The notes under the pieces are model-generated. The model did not search any database. It was not told the DNA's origin and worked only from the letters and a program-made list of their open reading frames with translations. The position numbers were made by a program, and so were the translations under genes. This document shows, in pieces, positions 12,001 to 23,280 of a stretch of 64,000 bases of DNA. Each line of letters opens with the position of its first letter. Position 1 is the stretch's first letter. Source of the DNA: Octopus sinensis (taxonomy: Eukaryota); contig NC_042997.1 in assembly GCF_006345805.1 (NCBI RefSeq), forward strand, positions 22,382,001 through 22,446,000, written 5' to 3'.

Positions 12001-13645
12001 TTGATGGAAGGGCTGACACCTTGTGCATTGAGTAGGAATGTGGAGGTTAGTGTAGTGGCTGGTTTTGACTGTTGCAGGGGGCTTGGATTTTTTGTGTGTG
12101 TTAGTGGCAGCAATGTGGGGAATTGGTGCACTGGGGTAATAGCATAGGATGGTGTTGAGTGATGGCTAGAATGTTTTTGTGTATCTCTTTTGCCATGTTC
12201 AACATGGCTAAAAAAGAATTTTCCTGCTTAGGGAGCAGTTTTTGGCTGGAGGTGTGGTTGCACTGTTGGATAGGGTTGTAGTTTCCACTTTTGTTGTTGT
12301 TGTTTTTGTGTCTTCCTGAAAAGACTGGACCAGCATTACTGCAGCATGGTGTGTTTCTATTTTTATTGTTATTCAGGTTTGTTGTGTGGCTTGAGGCCCT
12401 GTTTCTGTTTGTGCGTCGGGTCCCTGAAGATGAGTGAAGGGACAGTCACTCAGTAGACATGTTCTCTCACGTTGGGAATACCGGCAGATTTTGGGACTCC
12501 GAGTTGTGTGTGTTTTGAATTTCGATTTACTATTTGGTGGTGTTGATGTTATTGTGGGATGCGTGCTTTGGCCTGGCCGGTAGTGCGTCTAGTGCCGGGT
12601 AGATGCGTGAAGATGCAGTCACTATTTGTGCAGAGTCTCTGGCGCAGTGAATAGCGGCATATTTGGGGATTTCTTGTTTGTGCCGTGGGGGGCGCATTCT
12701 GCTTCCTATGTTTCTTTAAGTTTTTGTTACTGCAGTAGTATTGAGGTGGTGATGTGGGGGAAGAGGGCAGTGGTTTCTTATTTGGTTTTCTGTTGATATT
12801 TTTGGTGATAGAAGACGATGGTGGCAGCGGTGGTGATGATGATGATGATAATTGTGGTGGTTGCTGTGAGAGCGGTGAAAAGATACTGGCATTTAGTGAA
12901 TCGTCTAGTAAGCTAGAGTTGAGGAGTGGCTGTTGTTGTTCTTTTTGCTGTGGCTGTTGTTGTTGTTGTTGTGCCTGACCGATGTCAGGGTCAGCCATTG
13001 TGCTGGGAACCAGGAGTGGCTCATTCTGTTGTTGTTGTTGTTGTGGCTGCTGATTTTCTAGCTGTTGTTGTTCTTGAACTGTGAAAATATGTAGAAGCTT
13101 TTCATAATGGCCTCTTATCAGTTTGAAAGATACTTCGATATGTTTCACTTGCTACGAATCTGTTTGACGGATCGTGTGTTGACCACTTGTGATGTTTTTT
13201 CGGCAATCTCATTCAAACACAAAACATTTAGATTTTCTGTTTGGGAAAGAGAGAGCCATGTGTTTATTAAAACATCAATTTCGTTATCAGACCAATTTCG
13301 TCTGTTGCAGGCCTGCAAGTTAGTCATGTTTGTTTTCTTTTGTTTGTTTTCCTTTTGATTTTTGAAAATATATATATTCTTTCTTGGGAGTTAAAGAAGT
13401 GTATATATATATAAATGTTCTCTCTTAAGGGTGTGAGTTTTTGATTATTTGGTTGTTTGAGGATATTAAAAGAAAAACATGTATATAACAATTTGTAGTT
13501 AAATGAAAACGTACTTACGGGTTTGTAGGCAACACGTGGTTACAATATATATATATTAAGGTCAGTTAGTTTTGAAGCTGTGTAGCTTGCTACTGACTCG
13601 GGAGAGAAACAAATAGACGTCCGTCCAGTTCACAGTTAATCCACA
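9015..13645 (-). mobile_element. Near full-length CR1/L2-group LINE, inactivated by frameshifts and stops
   Basis: ORF2 fragments: APE endonuclease (11565-12131; TETH, YRPP, GDFNLP), RT (9870-10568; NYRPISLTS, QHGF, LDFSKAFD, GVPQGTVLGP, FADDSKL) and C-terminal region (9318-9961). ORF1 fragments at about 12400-13327. The 3' tail is an 8-nt tandem repeat (ATCAAAGT)n at 9015-9042, typical of CR1. Confidence 0.93.
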
Positions 13646-13742
13646 TATATATATGTATATATATATGTATATATATATATGTATATATATATATATGTAT
13701 ATATTATTTTTATTTTATACGCATTTGATTTGTTTATATATG

Positions 13743-13778
<36 letters not shown>

Positions 13779-14360
13779 TATATATATATATATTATATGT
13801 ATATATATATGTATATATATATGTATGATGATGATATGTATATATATTATATATATGTATGTATATATATATGTATGTATATATATATGTATGTATATAT
13901 ATGTATATATATGTATATATATATGTATGTATGTATATATATATGTATATATATATGTATATATATTTATATTATATGTATATATATGTATATATATATT
14001 ATGTATATGTATATATATGTATATATATATTTGTATATATATATATATGTGTATATATATATGTATGTATATATATATATATTATGTATATATATATATG
14101 TATGTATATATATATGTATATATATGTATGTATATATATATGTAATATATATGTATATATATATGTGTATATATATGTATATATATATGGTATATATATA
14201 TGTGTATATATATGTTATATATATTGTGTATATATATATGTATATATATATGTGTATATATATATGTGTATATATATAAGTGTATATATATATGTATTAT
14301 ATATATGTATATATATATGTGTATATATATATGTGTATATATATGGTGTATATATATATG

Positions 14361-14391
<31 letters not shown>

Positions 14392-14475
14392 GTATATGTA
14401 TATATGTATATGTATATATGTATATATGTATATGTGTATATGTATATGTGTATGTGTATATATATATATATATAT

Positions 14476-14515
<40 letters not shown>

Positions 14516-14545
14516 GTGCATATATATATAATATAAATGATTTCA
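13646..14545. repeat. About 900-bp degenerate (TA)n/(TATG)n microsatellite
   Basis: Direct inspection; source of the YIYI-type ORFs. Confidence 0.95.
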
Positions 14546-14808
14546 CTTAAGCATAGCCATACTAATAACCAGTTGTTGAAATTCAAAATGCTTCTGTTTT
14601 AGAGTAAAATGCCCAGGAAATACAAAGCATTATATCAATTAATGAATGACAAATGAGCAGGGGTTATATAAAGATCTTCTTGTGCAACACCCTAGAGCTT
14701 CCTAAAGCCATTAAAATGAAATATATGCTTATTTCAGAAAGTGTTATATATATAATTAACTACTGATTAAATGATTCTTGATGTTGTTCCTTAATAAATT
14801 TTCTACAG

Positions 14809-14900
14809 ATATGGAATTCTTAGAAGTTCTCACGGAAGGTCTGGATCGTGTAGTAATGGTGCGTGGCAGTGGTCGGGAAGTCGTCACAATATATTCTTAA
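14809..14900 (+). CDS. kcc: K-Cl cotransporter, last coding exon
   Basis: TACAG|AT ATG..., joining in frame with the previous exon to give (Y)[29 protein letters not shown], the canonical KCC terminus. Stop TAA at 14898-14900. Confidence 0.96.
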
Positions 14901-16500
14901 TCAAGAAATACAGCTGCTGAAATGGACTCCAGATTTGTTGTAAACTGAAGCTCATTTTTCCTCCCACCCACCTATTCTTTCCCATTTACCACCTCCTCTC
15001 TTGTACTGCTGACACTGAAGTTGAACACGAACAAAAATTGCTGATTAACAAAACTAGCTGTTGTTTCTTAATTAGAAATGTCTAAAATAGATAGATCCTG
15101 AATTCCTATGAATATGGAACTAACAGGAATGTATTTTTGGCAGTGACTGACATACAATGTTGAAAAAGGAAGTTATACTCTAATTATTACCTCCCTTGTC
15201 TCTGTATACATCACATATATGAGACAAACCCAACAGCAATAGTGTTTGATATGGTGAGAGGATTAAAAATGAATTTTGACAAAAAAAAAATGTATCAGTT
15301 AACTTTCCCCTATTGGAGTATTTTTTAAAAGGAATTGCTGTCTATGATTTTTTAATCACGATTTTACTTTGTTTATTTTTTATTGTTTTTTTTTTTTTGT
15401 TTTTGTTTTAATCCACCTTTCTGTTAACGTGTTATTTTAATGGAAAGGTTTCTGCTGATCAGATAATCCTGACTGGTGGTTAATTATTGCTGCAAAACTT
15501 TTAAAATCATTTTTGTTGGGTTGTATTTATATTTTATTTTTCAATTTTAAGTGTTTATAATTCATTTCTTTTTCTAAATTATTTTTTCCTCTCCTTTTTG
15601 TCTTCAGAAATAATTTAAAATGTTTATTTTGTTACCAAAGAAATAGACAAATCTGATTTAATAGCAATACCAAACATGGTTTTTATCCTAACATTTTTTT
15701 TTTTTATTTTGCTGCCATATGGTCATTTATAAACTCACCGAGAAACCAAATTTGTTTATTTAAATGGAATTATTCTAAATGTGATACCTCTCCAACACTT
15801 TATCCATAAATAAAGAAAACCCAAGACTATCAGGTGTCATATTATTTTTTAAAAGAACCTTCTGTAGGAGCCACTGTACATTGATTGTCTTTATTCTGTA
15901 CAGGGTACCATTTAAGATAGCAAAATCTTTTTCTTCATTAACTTCTCAATCTTAAAGAATCCTCTATAAGAGAAGAAATATCCCAACATTCTAAATTCTA
16001 TTTTTTGACTACTAGGATACACATTTTGTTGGAAAAAAATTCTGTGTACTGACACAAGCATATTCTTTCATTTATTGGCAGCTATTCTAGGGATAATTAT
16101 TTAAATATTGTGATACACACTTGTAGGAATTTTTTATAGCCATCTCTTCTTTCTCTCCACATGCACATGCATTTTTTTTTTTTAAATGTGCCATAAGTCC
16201 TTGTATGTATGAAGAAACATTACTTTTGGTCCGATGCTATTTCTTCAATTTCATATTAGGAACTTATCCGATATGTTAGTCAATGAAACCTGTTTATTAT
16301 CTGTTCTCTATCAATACTATAAAAACCCTCCTTAAACATCTCTAGGTCATTGGTAGTATAGTAATACTGCTTTGATACTGTTTCAACTTTGAATAACCTC
16401 TTGATAGTTTCCTTTTAGTATTTTAATTCTTAATAAACAATAATAAAATAAGAAACTGCATTACACATTTAAGGTGCTTGACAAAAACTGATGGCTTTAG

Positions 16501-16544
<44 letters not shown>

Positions 16545-16600
16545 CAATAATAATAACAATAATAATGTTCAATAAAAGTTTTTTACACTTTTTTTACATA
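14901..16600 (+). other. Probable KCC 3' UTR with candidate poly(A) signals
   Basis: U-rich, largely repeat-free sequence after the stop. AATAAA at 15809, 16432, 16442 and 16571, the last followed by a U-rich stretch. The true end cannot be fixed from sequence alone. Confidence 0.45.
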
Positions 16601-17709
16601 TCCTTTTGACCGATCTTATAGAAACACTTTAAAACTGCTAGATCTTAAATTTATAGTATAAACAAAAGTCTAAAACTGCCAGTGCTTAGCTTTATATCAG
16701 CAAAAACTATGATACAAATTGCTTAAGAAAAGTTTTTGGAATTGTAGCTTTTCTCCTTACCTTTGATTTTGTAATGTTGATATAAAAAAAACTGTCACAT
16801 TTTGATTTTATATATGTATATATATAATAGGGTCTTTGTTTTCTTATTTTACTTTGTGCTGCATTTTAGCTTCTGTTGTTTTTGCCCCATTTGCATAAAA
16901 CAATTTTTTCAACCCTTTTATCAACATCTGTTCTCTTTTAGTTCCTATGGGTTTTAAATACATCGATTTATAAGAGAGATGGCGGGTGGGGGTATAAGAC
17001 TTTAATAAAAAGCCATTACAAATCACTGCTGATTAAGTTAATCAATGATACAAAAACATAGATGAGTATAACAATAGTGTTGTCTGATCAGTTACAAGAT
17101 GATGAACTGTGATCAAAATAAAATATGTACAAAGATAACATCATTTCTTTTTCTCTTTAATAAAACTCACACATTAGAGATGAATGTTATATTGAAACTG
17201 AATTTCATCATTTATCATTTGTCTTGCCATTTTTCCTCTTAAACCACCGTCTAAAATTGAATTCACAATTAGTATATTGATATGCCAATCAGGGAAAAAT
17301 ATCTCAGATGGTTTCTTTATGTGCTCTAGTTACAATGCAAACTTATTGATGATGGTATATACAGAAACATTACAACCAGCACTGTTTGCTTAAGCATCTG
17401 AGAAAAATAGACAGAGAAAGAGACAAACATTATTGTCCAAAACTATATAAGAAAACAAAGCAAAATACCTGAACATACATAAACTAGTAATATTTTTTTA
17501 CTTTTCCATTTATTTTTCACATAAAGATTTCTTGTGACATCGAAAACTCTCAAATCACATTGATTCTAAAGGTTTTAGTCTTATTTATTTGCATTGCTAT
17601 CATTGAGATATCTAATTTAACTGTTTCATACATCTACAAAGTGTACTATACCATATTTATCGTTATATGTTTCTTTTCCTTAACATCAATAATTTCATTC
17701 ATATTCTAA

Positions 17710-18380
17710 CATATTTCTACCACATATTAGTAACATTTCTACATGTTTTTGCCACTTGACGCAAATGTTTACATATTTTTGCCCTTTGGCAGAAGCAGCT
17801 CTTCACATTTATGTCATCTGGAAGAAACAGCATTATACATATCTATCATGTGGTGGAAATATTTCTAAATATTTCTGCTACTTCATAGTAACAGCTCTAC
17901 ACATTTATCACTTGGGTAGAAACAACTCTATACATGTCTACTACAATGTAGAAACAACTCTACACATTTCTATTACTTTGTAGAAATAACTCTACACATT
18001 TTTATCATTTGGTAGAAACAGCTCTCAACATTTCTACTACTTTGTACAAATAGCTCTTTACATTTCTATCAGTTGGTAGAAATAATCCGTACATTTCTGT
18101 CATCTGGTTGAAATAACTCAACATGTTTCTGTCCTATGGTTCGAAACAACTCTTCACAATTCTGTCACTAAACAGAAGCATTTCTACATGTTTCTATCAT
18201 TTGGAAACAACAGCTCTACATATTTCCATCAGCTTGTAGCAACATCTTTATACATGTCTACTCCTTGGTAGCAATGTTCCAAAACAAAGCAATGCAACAA
18301 ACATGTTTCTACCACTTTGTAACAGCTCAAAATGTAACATCAGATATTTTCTGCCACTGATAAATAAACATCTCTGTATG
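17710..18380. repeat. Degenerate 32-bp minisatellite
   Basis: GTAGAAA anchors at 17916, 17948, 17980, 18012, 18044 and 18076; consensus about GTAGAAACAACTCTACACATTTCTATCATTTG. Confidence 0.85.
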
Positions 18381-21300
18381 TATATTCAGCACATTATCAG
18401 CTCTTGGTAATTATGAATTTTAGACTTGTTCTTTACTACATTTCTACATTTTAGTCATAAAGGTCTGTTACTGTGTAGATCTAAGTCTTTTTGTTCTGTG
18501 AGTTATCTTTCCTTTTTCATTTTTCTGTGCTTTTTCGTGAAATCAAAATACAATTTTTTGTATTGTTTCTCTGTCTACACAAAAGAAATCAAAACAAATG
18601 GAATTGTTCCAGAAATCTCTATGTGGTTGTTGCTACTGTGATCCAAAATGTTACTCAGCTGTAAAAACAGAGGTAAGCAGTTGAGCCATTGATTCCCAAA
18701 TTCCCCCTCCCAATATATACATACACACATACAAACTTATTTTATTCTAATCAGTAGTTATTGGAGAAAGAATTTTCACTAAATATTTGTTGAAGGAAAA
18801 CTACGATAGGGCCATTCTTTAAAAGATTTCTACATATTCTTACACACCAAAAATTAAAAAAAAAAGGCAGTAGACTAAATCTCTTAAAGTATTTAGGTTT
18901 ATCCTTCTACATTCTGTATTCAACTCTCATAAGGACTGATTTCATCTCTCATTTCTCCAACGTCAATAAAATAAATAATTATAGTACATAAATAATATTT
19001 ACTCACCTTGATTCTAAACAGATTTTTATATGGAGACAATGTTAGAAATTTTTATTATTCTTACAAAAAAGAAAGCAGGAAGGAAAAATGACAAAATACA
19101 TAGGAAATGAATAATATAAGGTTATTTTAAAATTTGAAAACAAACTTATTATAATATTTGAAAATTTTCATATTACTTAATTTCTACCATTGAGAATGGC
19201 ATGAATATCACTCACTCTCATTTCTTTTTCTCTGGAAAAGTGAAGATTTAAGCCAATATAAAATTATTTTGATACAAATATATAGTAAAGGAATGTACTG
19301 AACAGAGATATTTAAGTTTGAAACTGTTATTGATAGGAATAAAATATCTTGAACACGGTTTTTTTCTTTTATTCTCTCTCCTGACATAATTTGTTTTTCC
19401 TTTCTTCCTTGATAATTAAAACTATGGTGGAGTCTTCCTTGGTACATTCATTGACAATATTTTAAAACCAAAGTGAAGTAAGGTTTAATAACGGTTCCTT
19501 GTAAGAATTTGATGTAAAATTAGTGATTTATAATAGGTTGTCAAAGTGATTTTGTATTTACTTTCCTATTTCGCTCTGATCCTCTTTTGAATTTTAGCAT
19601 AAACATTTGGATGGTAGACTTGATCTGTCACTTGGTTTAACAACCACAACCTGGTCCTTTGGTACCTTTGCCAGAAACCACACTATTGCAGTCATTCAGG
19701 CCAAGTGTCCAGATTGAAGATAATTTCCTTCCACCAATCCAGTCTGCTCAGAATAGTATCATAGGCATTACCCTTTCTTTTCTGACTAAGCCATTGAAAA
19801 AAAACACCTCAAATTTTCTTCATGAAATTCAATTTCTATATACTATTTCTTCATTTCCTTTTCTTTATTTTATGACCAAAATATTTTCTTAGAATTTTAT
19901 TTACACATAAACTATTCTATTATTAATTTGCATGTGTGTTTGCATTTGTTTCCGAGTTTGTGCTTCTTTTTCAACAGTGAGAAACTCTATCAAGAAATGT
20001 TGCTGCACAGGAGCAGTTAGATCTATTAAGACTAAAACCAGTGTGCCAACATAAAATGAAGCTTAATTTAACCATTAGAAAACTACTGTCTGTCAAAAAG
20101 AAATATCGATTCTCTAGATGCTAGATTTAAAAATTAAGTTATTTCCTTCTTAGTACATTTACCTACATCTTTTGATATCATGTCTCAGTTCTCCAAACTG
20201 CTGATTATTATTATTTTTTATTGATATGTGATACATCATTTATTGAAGAGTTCTAGCATCCATTAGATGAAATCTTTTGGATTTATCCCATCTTTTATCT
20301 ACTGGGAAACATTTGCTGCTGACTATACATAAAATGTGATTCTTTAAAAATCTATATCTGTTGATATTTAGTTTTTAAATTTAAAAAAAAATTCAAGATT
20401 GATTTGATTTCAAATATACTTGCTCTTCCATGCTACAAATACCATTCTTTTTATGGGGTTATTCAACTTCAGTCCAAACTGCAACTTCTGAATTTGTATG
20501 CCACATTCTGGATATACAGTGTCAGTATGTTAATTGGAATTTTTATTACATTTCTATTTGATACATTAGTATGTTTAAAACGAAGTTTTAGTGAAATAAT
20601 TTAAAAAGATTTCTCCAAACTGAACTGCGTTGTTCCAGTTGGTTTTTCCACTTTATCAGTCTGTATTTAGTAGTCAGTCTGTTAAAAAAATAATGTCCCT
20701 TCCAATCATTGTCGTCTGACATTTATCACTTTGGAACATAGTTGGTTGTATAAATTACATTCCTTTCCTCCAAAATATTAGTTCACTTGTAGTCCTTATT
20801 CACATTTAGCCCATCCTCCTTAGCAATATCTAAACACTGCACACCATATGTTGAAGCAAATTGCTAGCTTGTTTTTACACTAAGATAATTTATAAATATT
20901 TTCTTCATATAATAAATAATATTGGTCATAGAAATTGACATTTTAAAAAAGAATTGACTTTTCAATTTTTAGTCTTTGAAATTAGATTAATAGTTTAATT
21001 ACGCCAATCTTTATACTGAATGGTATTAACTCAATGTACTATATCTTTTATTATTCATTTATTTTTTATCTATAGTATATTTTAGTCTATATTGTAGTTC
21101 TGTAAAAATAGTAGGGAATAGAAGAGGCTAGCTATATAGCTCCACATCAGGTATCTATTACCTGTAATGTCATTAAATGAATTAATAGCTAAAAAAAACA
21201 GTAAAATTCTTTTTCTCTAATCACTGTATTTATTATTGTCATGTGACAAAAAAAATTATACATAACACTCATCTCTTTCAATTGACTCATTGTTGTCAAA

Positions 21301-21776
21301 TTATTTCCATTAGGATTGAAGTTTACTGTTTATTCTGATCTGGAGCTGGTCTGTTTACCTTTCTTCTCTTCCCAAACTTCATCATATATCTATTTATACA
21401 TGATTTCAGACTGGCCAAAAGGTATAAATTGAAATTTTTCTATGTTAGCTATATAATGATAATAAGACATACTTGTTTATATCAATTGGATGTCCTGACA
21501 TTTACATATATATATATATATATATACATAAATATATATATAATGAATCTAATGTATTTATTTCATGAGAATTGATCACCTTATGTCAAACAACCTTAAA
21601 GCATAAGTTGCCCGTGTCCTTTATATGACAGTTGACTAAAATACACTTGTTGCTGCTGTTATATGTAGTTTTTTTTGTTTTTGTTTTTCTTCTCTTCACC
21701 GTATGGTTTTAAAGGAACCGGTGCTACTGAAACAAAGACTGAAAGGTTACACGATTTTTTTATGCATATATACCCA

Positions 21777-21816
<40 letters not shown>

Positions 21817-22609
21817 CATAAATAAATATATGTATGCATATATGTATACTTACATATATATATATATATATATACATAAATAAATATATGTATGCATATA
21901 TGTATACTTACATATATATATATATATATATATAAATAAACATAACTAAATTCAAATTTTCACACCTTGTAACTTTCAAACAATTCTGGCTGTGGCATGG
22001 GTAGAAAATATCATCTCTTTTTTTAATTTCTCTTTTTACCAGCCATTGTTTTTCCTGGACATTAATATGTAACATGGATCATTGGATAATGAAGGAAGAC
22101 ACCTATTCAAATCATGTCCTCTCTTTAGGTTTTCCATTCCATTTAAAATTTCCTTATACTACTGTTTAGTCATGAAAAAGTTTCTTTCATTTAGAACTGG
22201 AGTTGATATTATATATGCATGCATTCTTTTATTTTCTCTGCTGGTTTCCTAGCTGTTTACTATACTGCTCTATAATCATATCATTTTCCCCTCTCATTGG
22301 TTACTGGATAGTATCTCTCAGCACTAAGGAGCAATGTTTTTAAACATGATCTTTTATTATGCTTCTTACAGTAGTCAAATTTCTCTTTAAGGACTGTGGC
22401 AAGATTCTGTTTGGCATCTTTATATTATGGTTATAATGACTATATCCTTGAAAACCTAACTGCACTATTACTTTAACAAGAGAATTCAAAAATACATCAT
22501 GACTTTTTAAACACAAATGAAAAGATAAGTATTAAATAAAAAGCATATGATATGAATCATTTCAAGTTTGCACTATGAAAGATGGTTAAACATTTTGTAG
22601 ACCAGAAAT

Positions 22610-22652
22610 ATATATATATATGTAAGTGTGTATATATATGTGTGTGTGTATG

Positions 22653-22703
<51 letters not shown>

Positions 22704-23212
22704 TAACTGTATTATATGTTTAATAAATTCATGTATATATAATATATATGATAAATATATATATATTAGATATATATGTATATTTATATAATATATACAT
22801 ATATAAATTTATCATATACGTAAGATTTATATCATGTATACGATAAATAAATATATATATATAATGTGTATGTATGTATGCACATAAATGTATGCGTGTG
22901 TAAATATGTATATTTGTGCATGTGTATATATGTATATATATGTGTGTTTATATAATTTGTATGCATATGTATACATACGCACATTATATATATATATATA
23001 TATATTGTTTATATGTCAAAATATATATAAAAACAATTTAACATTAAACTGAAGGGTTACGTGATACTTTCCAATAGAGCATATGTTTATTAAATTGTTG
23101 CAAGGAAAAAGTTGACAGTGACTTTGAAGTTTGTGGCTTACTCACCTTTAGCAGCCTTCAAAATCATTGTCAACTATTTTCTTGTAAAAGTTTAATAAAT
23201 AAACACAGACAT

Positions 23213-23258
<46 letters not shown>

Positions 23259-23280
23259 TATATATATATATATATATAAT
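22610..23280. repeat. TA-rich microsatellite cluster
   Basis: Direct inspection; similar tracts at 21500-21935 and 29695-29755. Confidence 0.85.

Larger units (their letters stand above)
7080..14808 (+). other. U12-type (minor spliceosome) GT-AG intron, last intron of KCC
   Basis: 5' splice site GTATCCTTT (7080-7088); branch-site motif TTCCTTAAT (14787-14795) 13 nt before the end of the CAG acceptor. Confidence 0.9.

Noticed and set aside
8692-14586. Many 90-225 aa ORFs rich in Y/I/M/C/H
   Set aside because: They are translations of (TA)n/(TATG)n microsatellites, open in several frames at once. The same applies to ORFs at 28137-28712, 33625-33936, 36948-37467 and 55221-55863.
17710-18380. 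Regularly spaced repeat resembling a CRISPR array
   Set aside because: Eukaryotic context; units are contiguous and degenerate, with no unique spacers and no cas genes.
20780-20860. Minus-strand peptide QFASTYGVQCLDIAKEDGLNV loosely like a small-GTPase G5 region
   Set aside because: In-frame stop immediately upstream, poor acceptor, SAK motif absent, and no G1/G3/G4 exons found.
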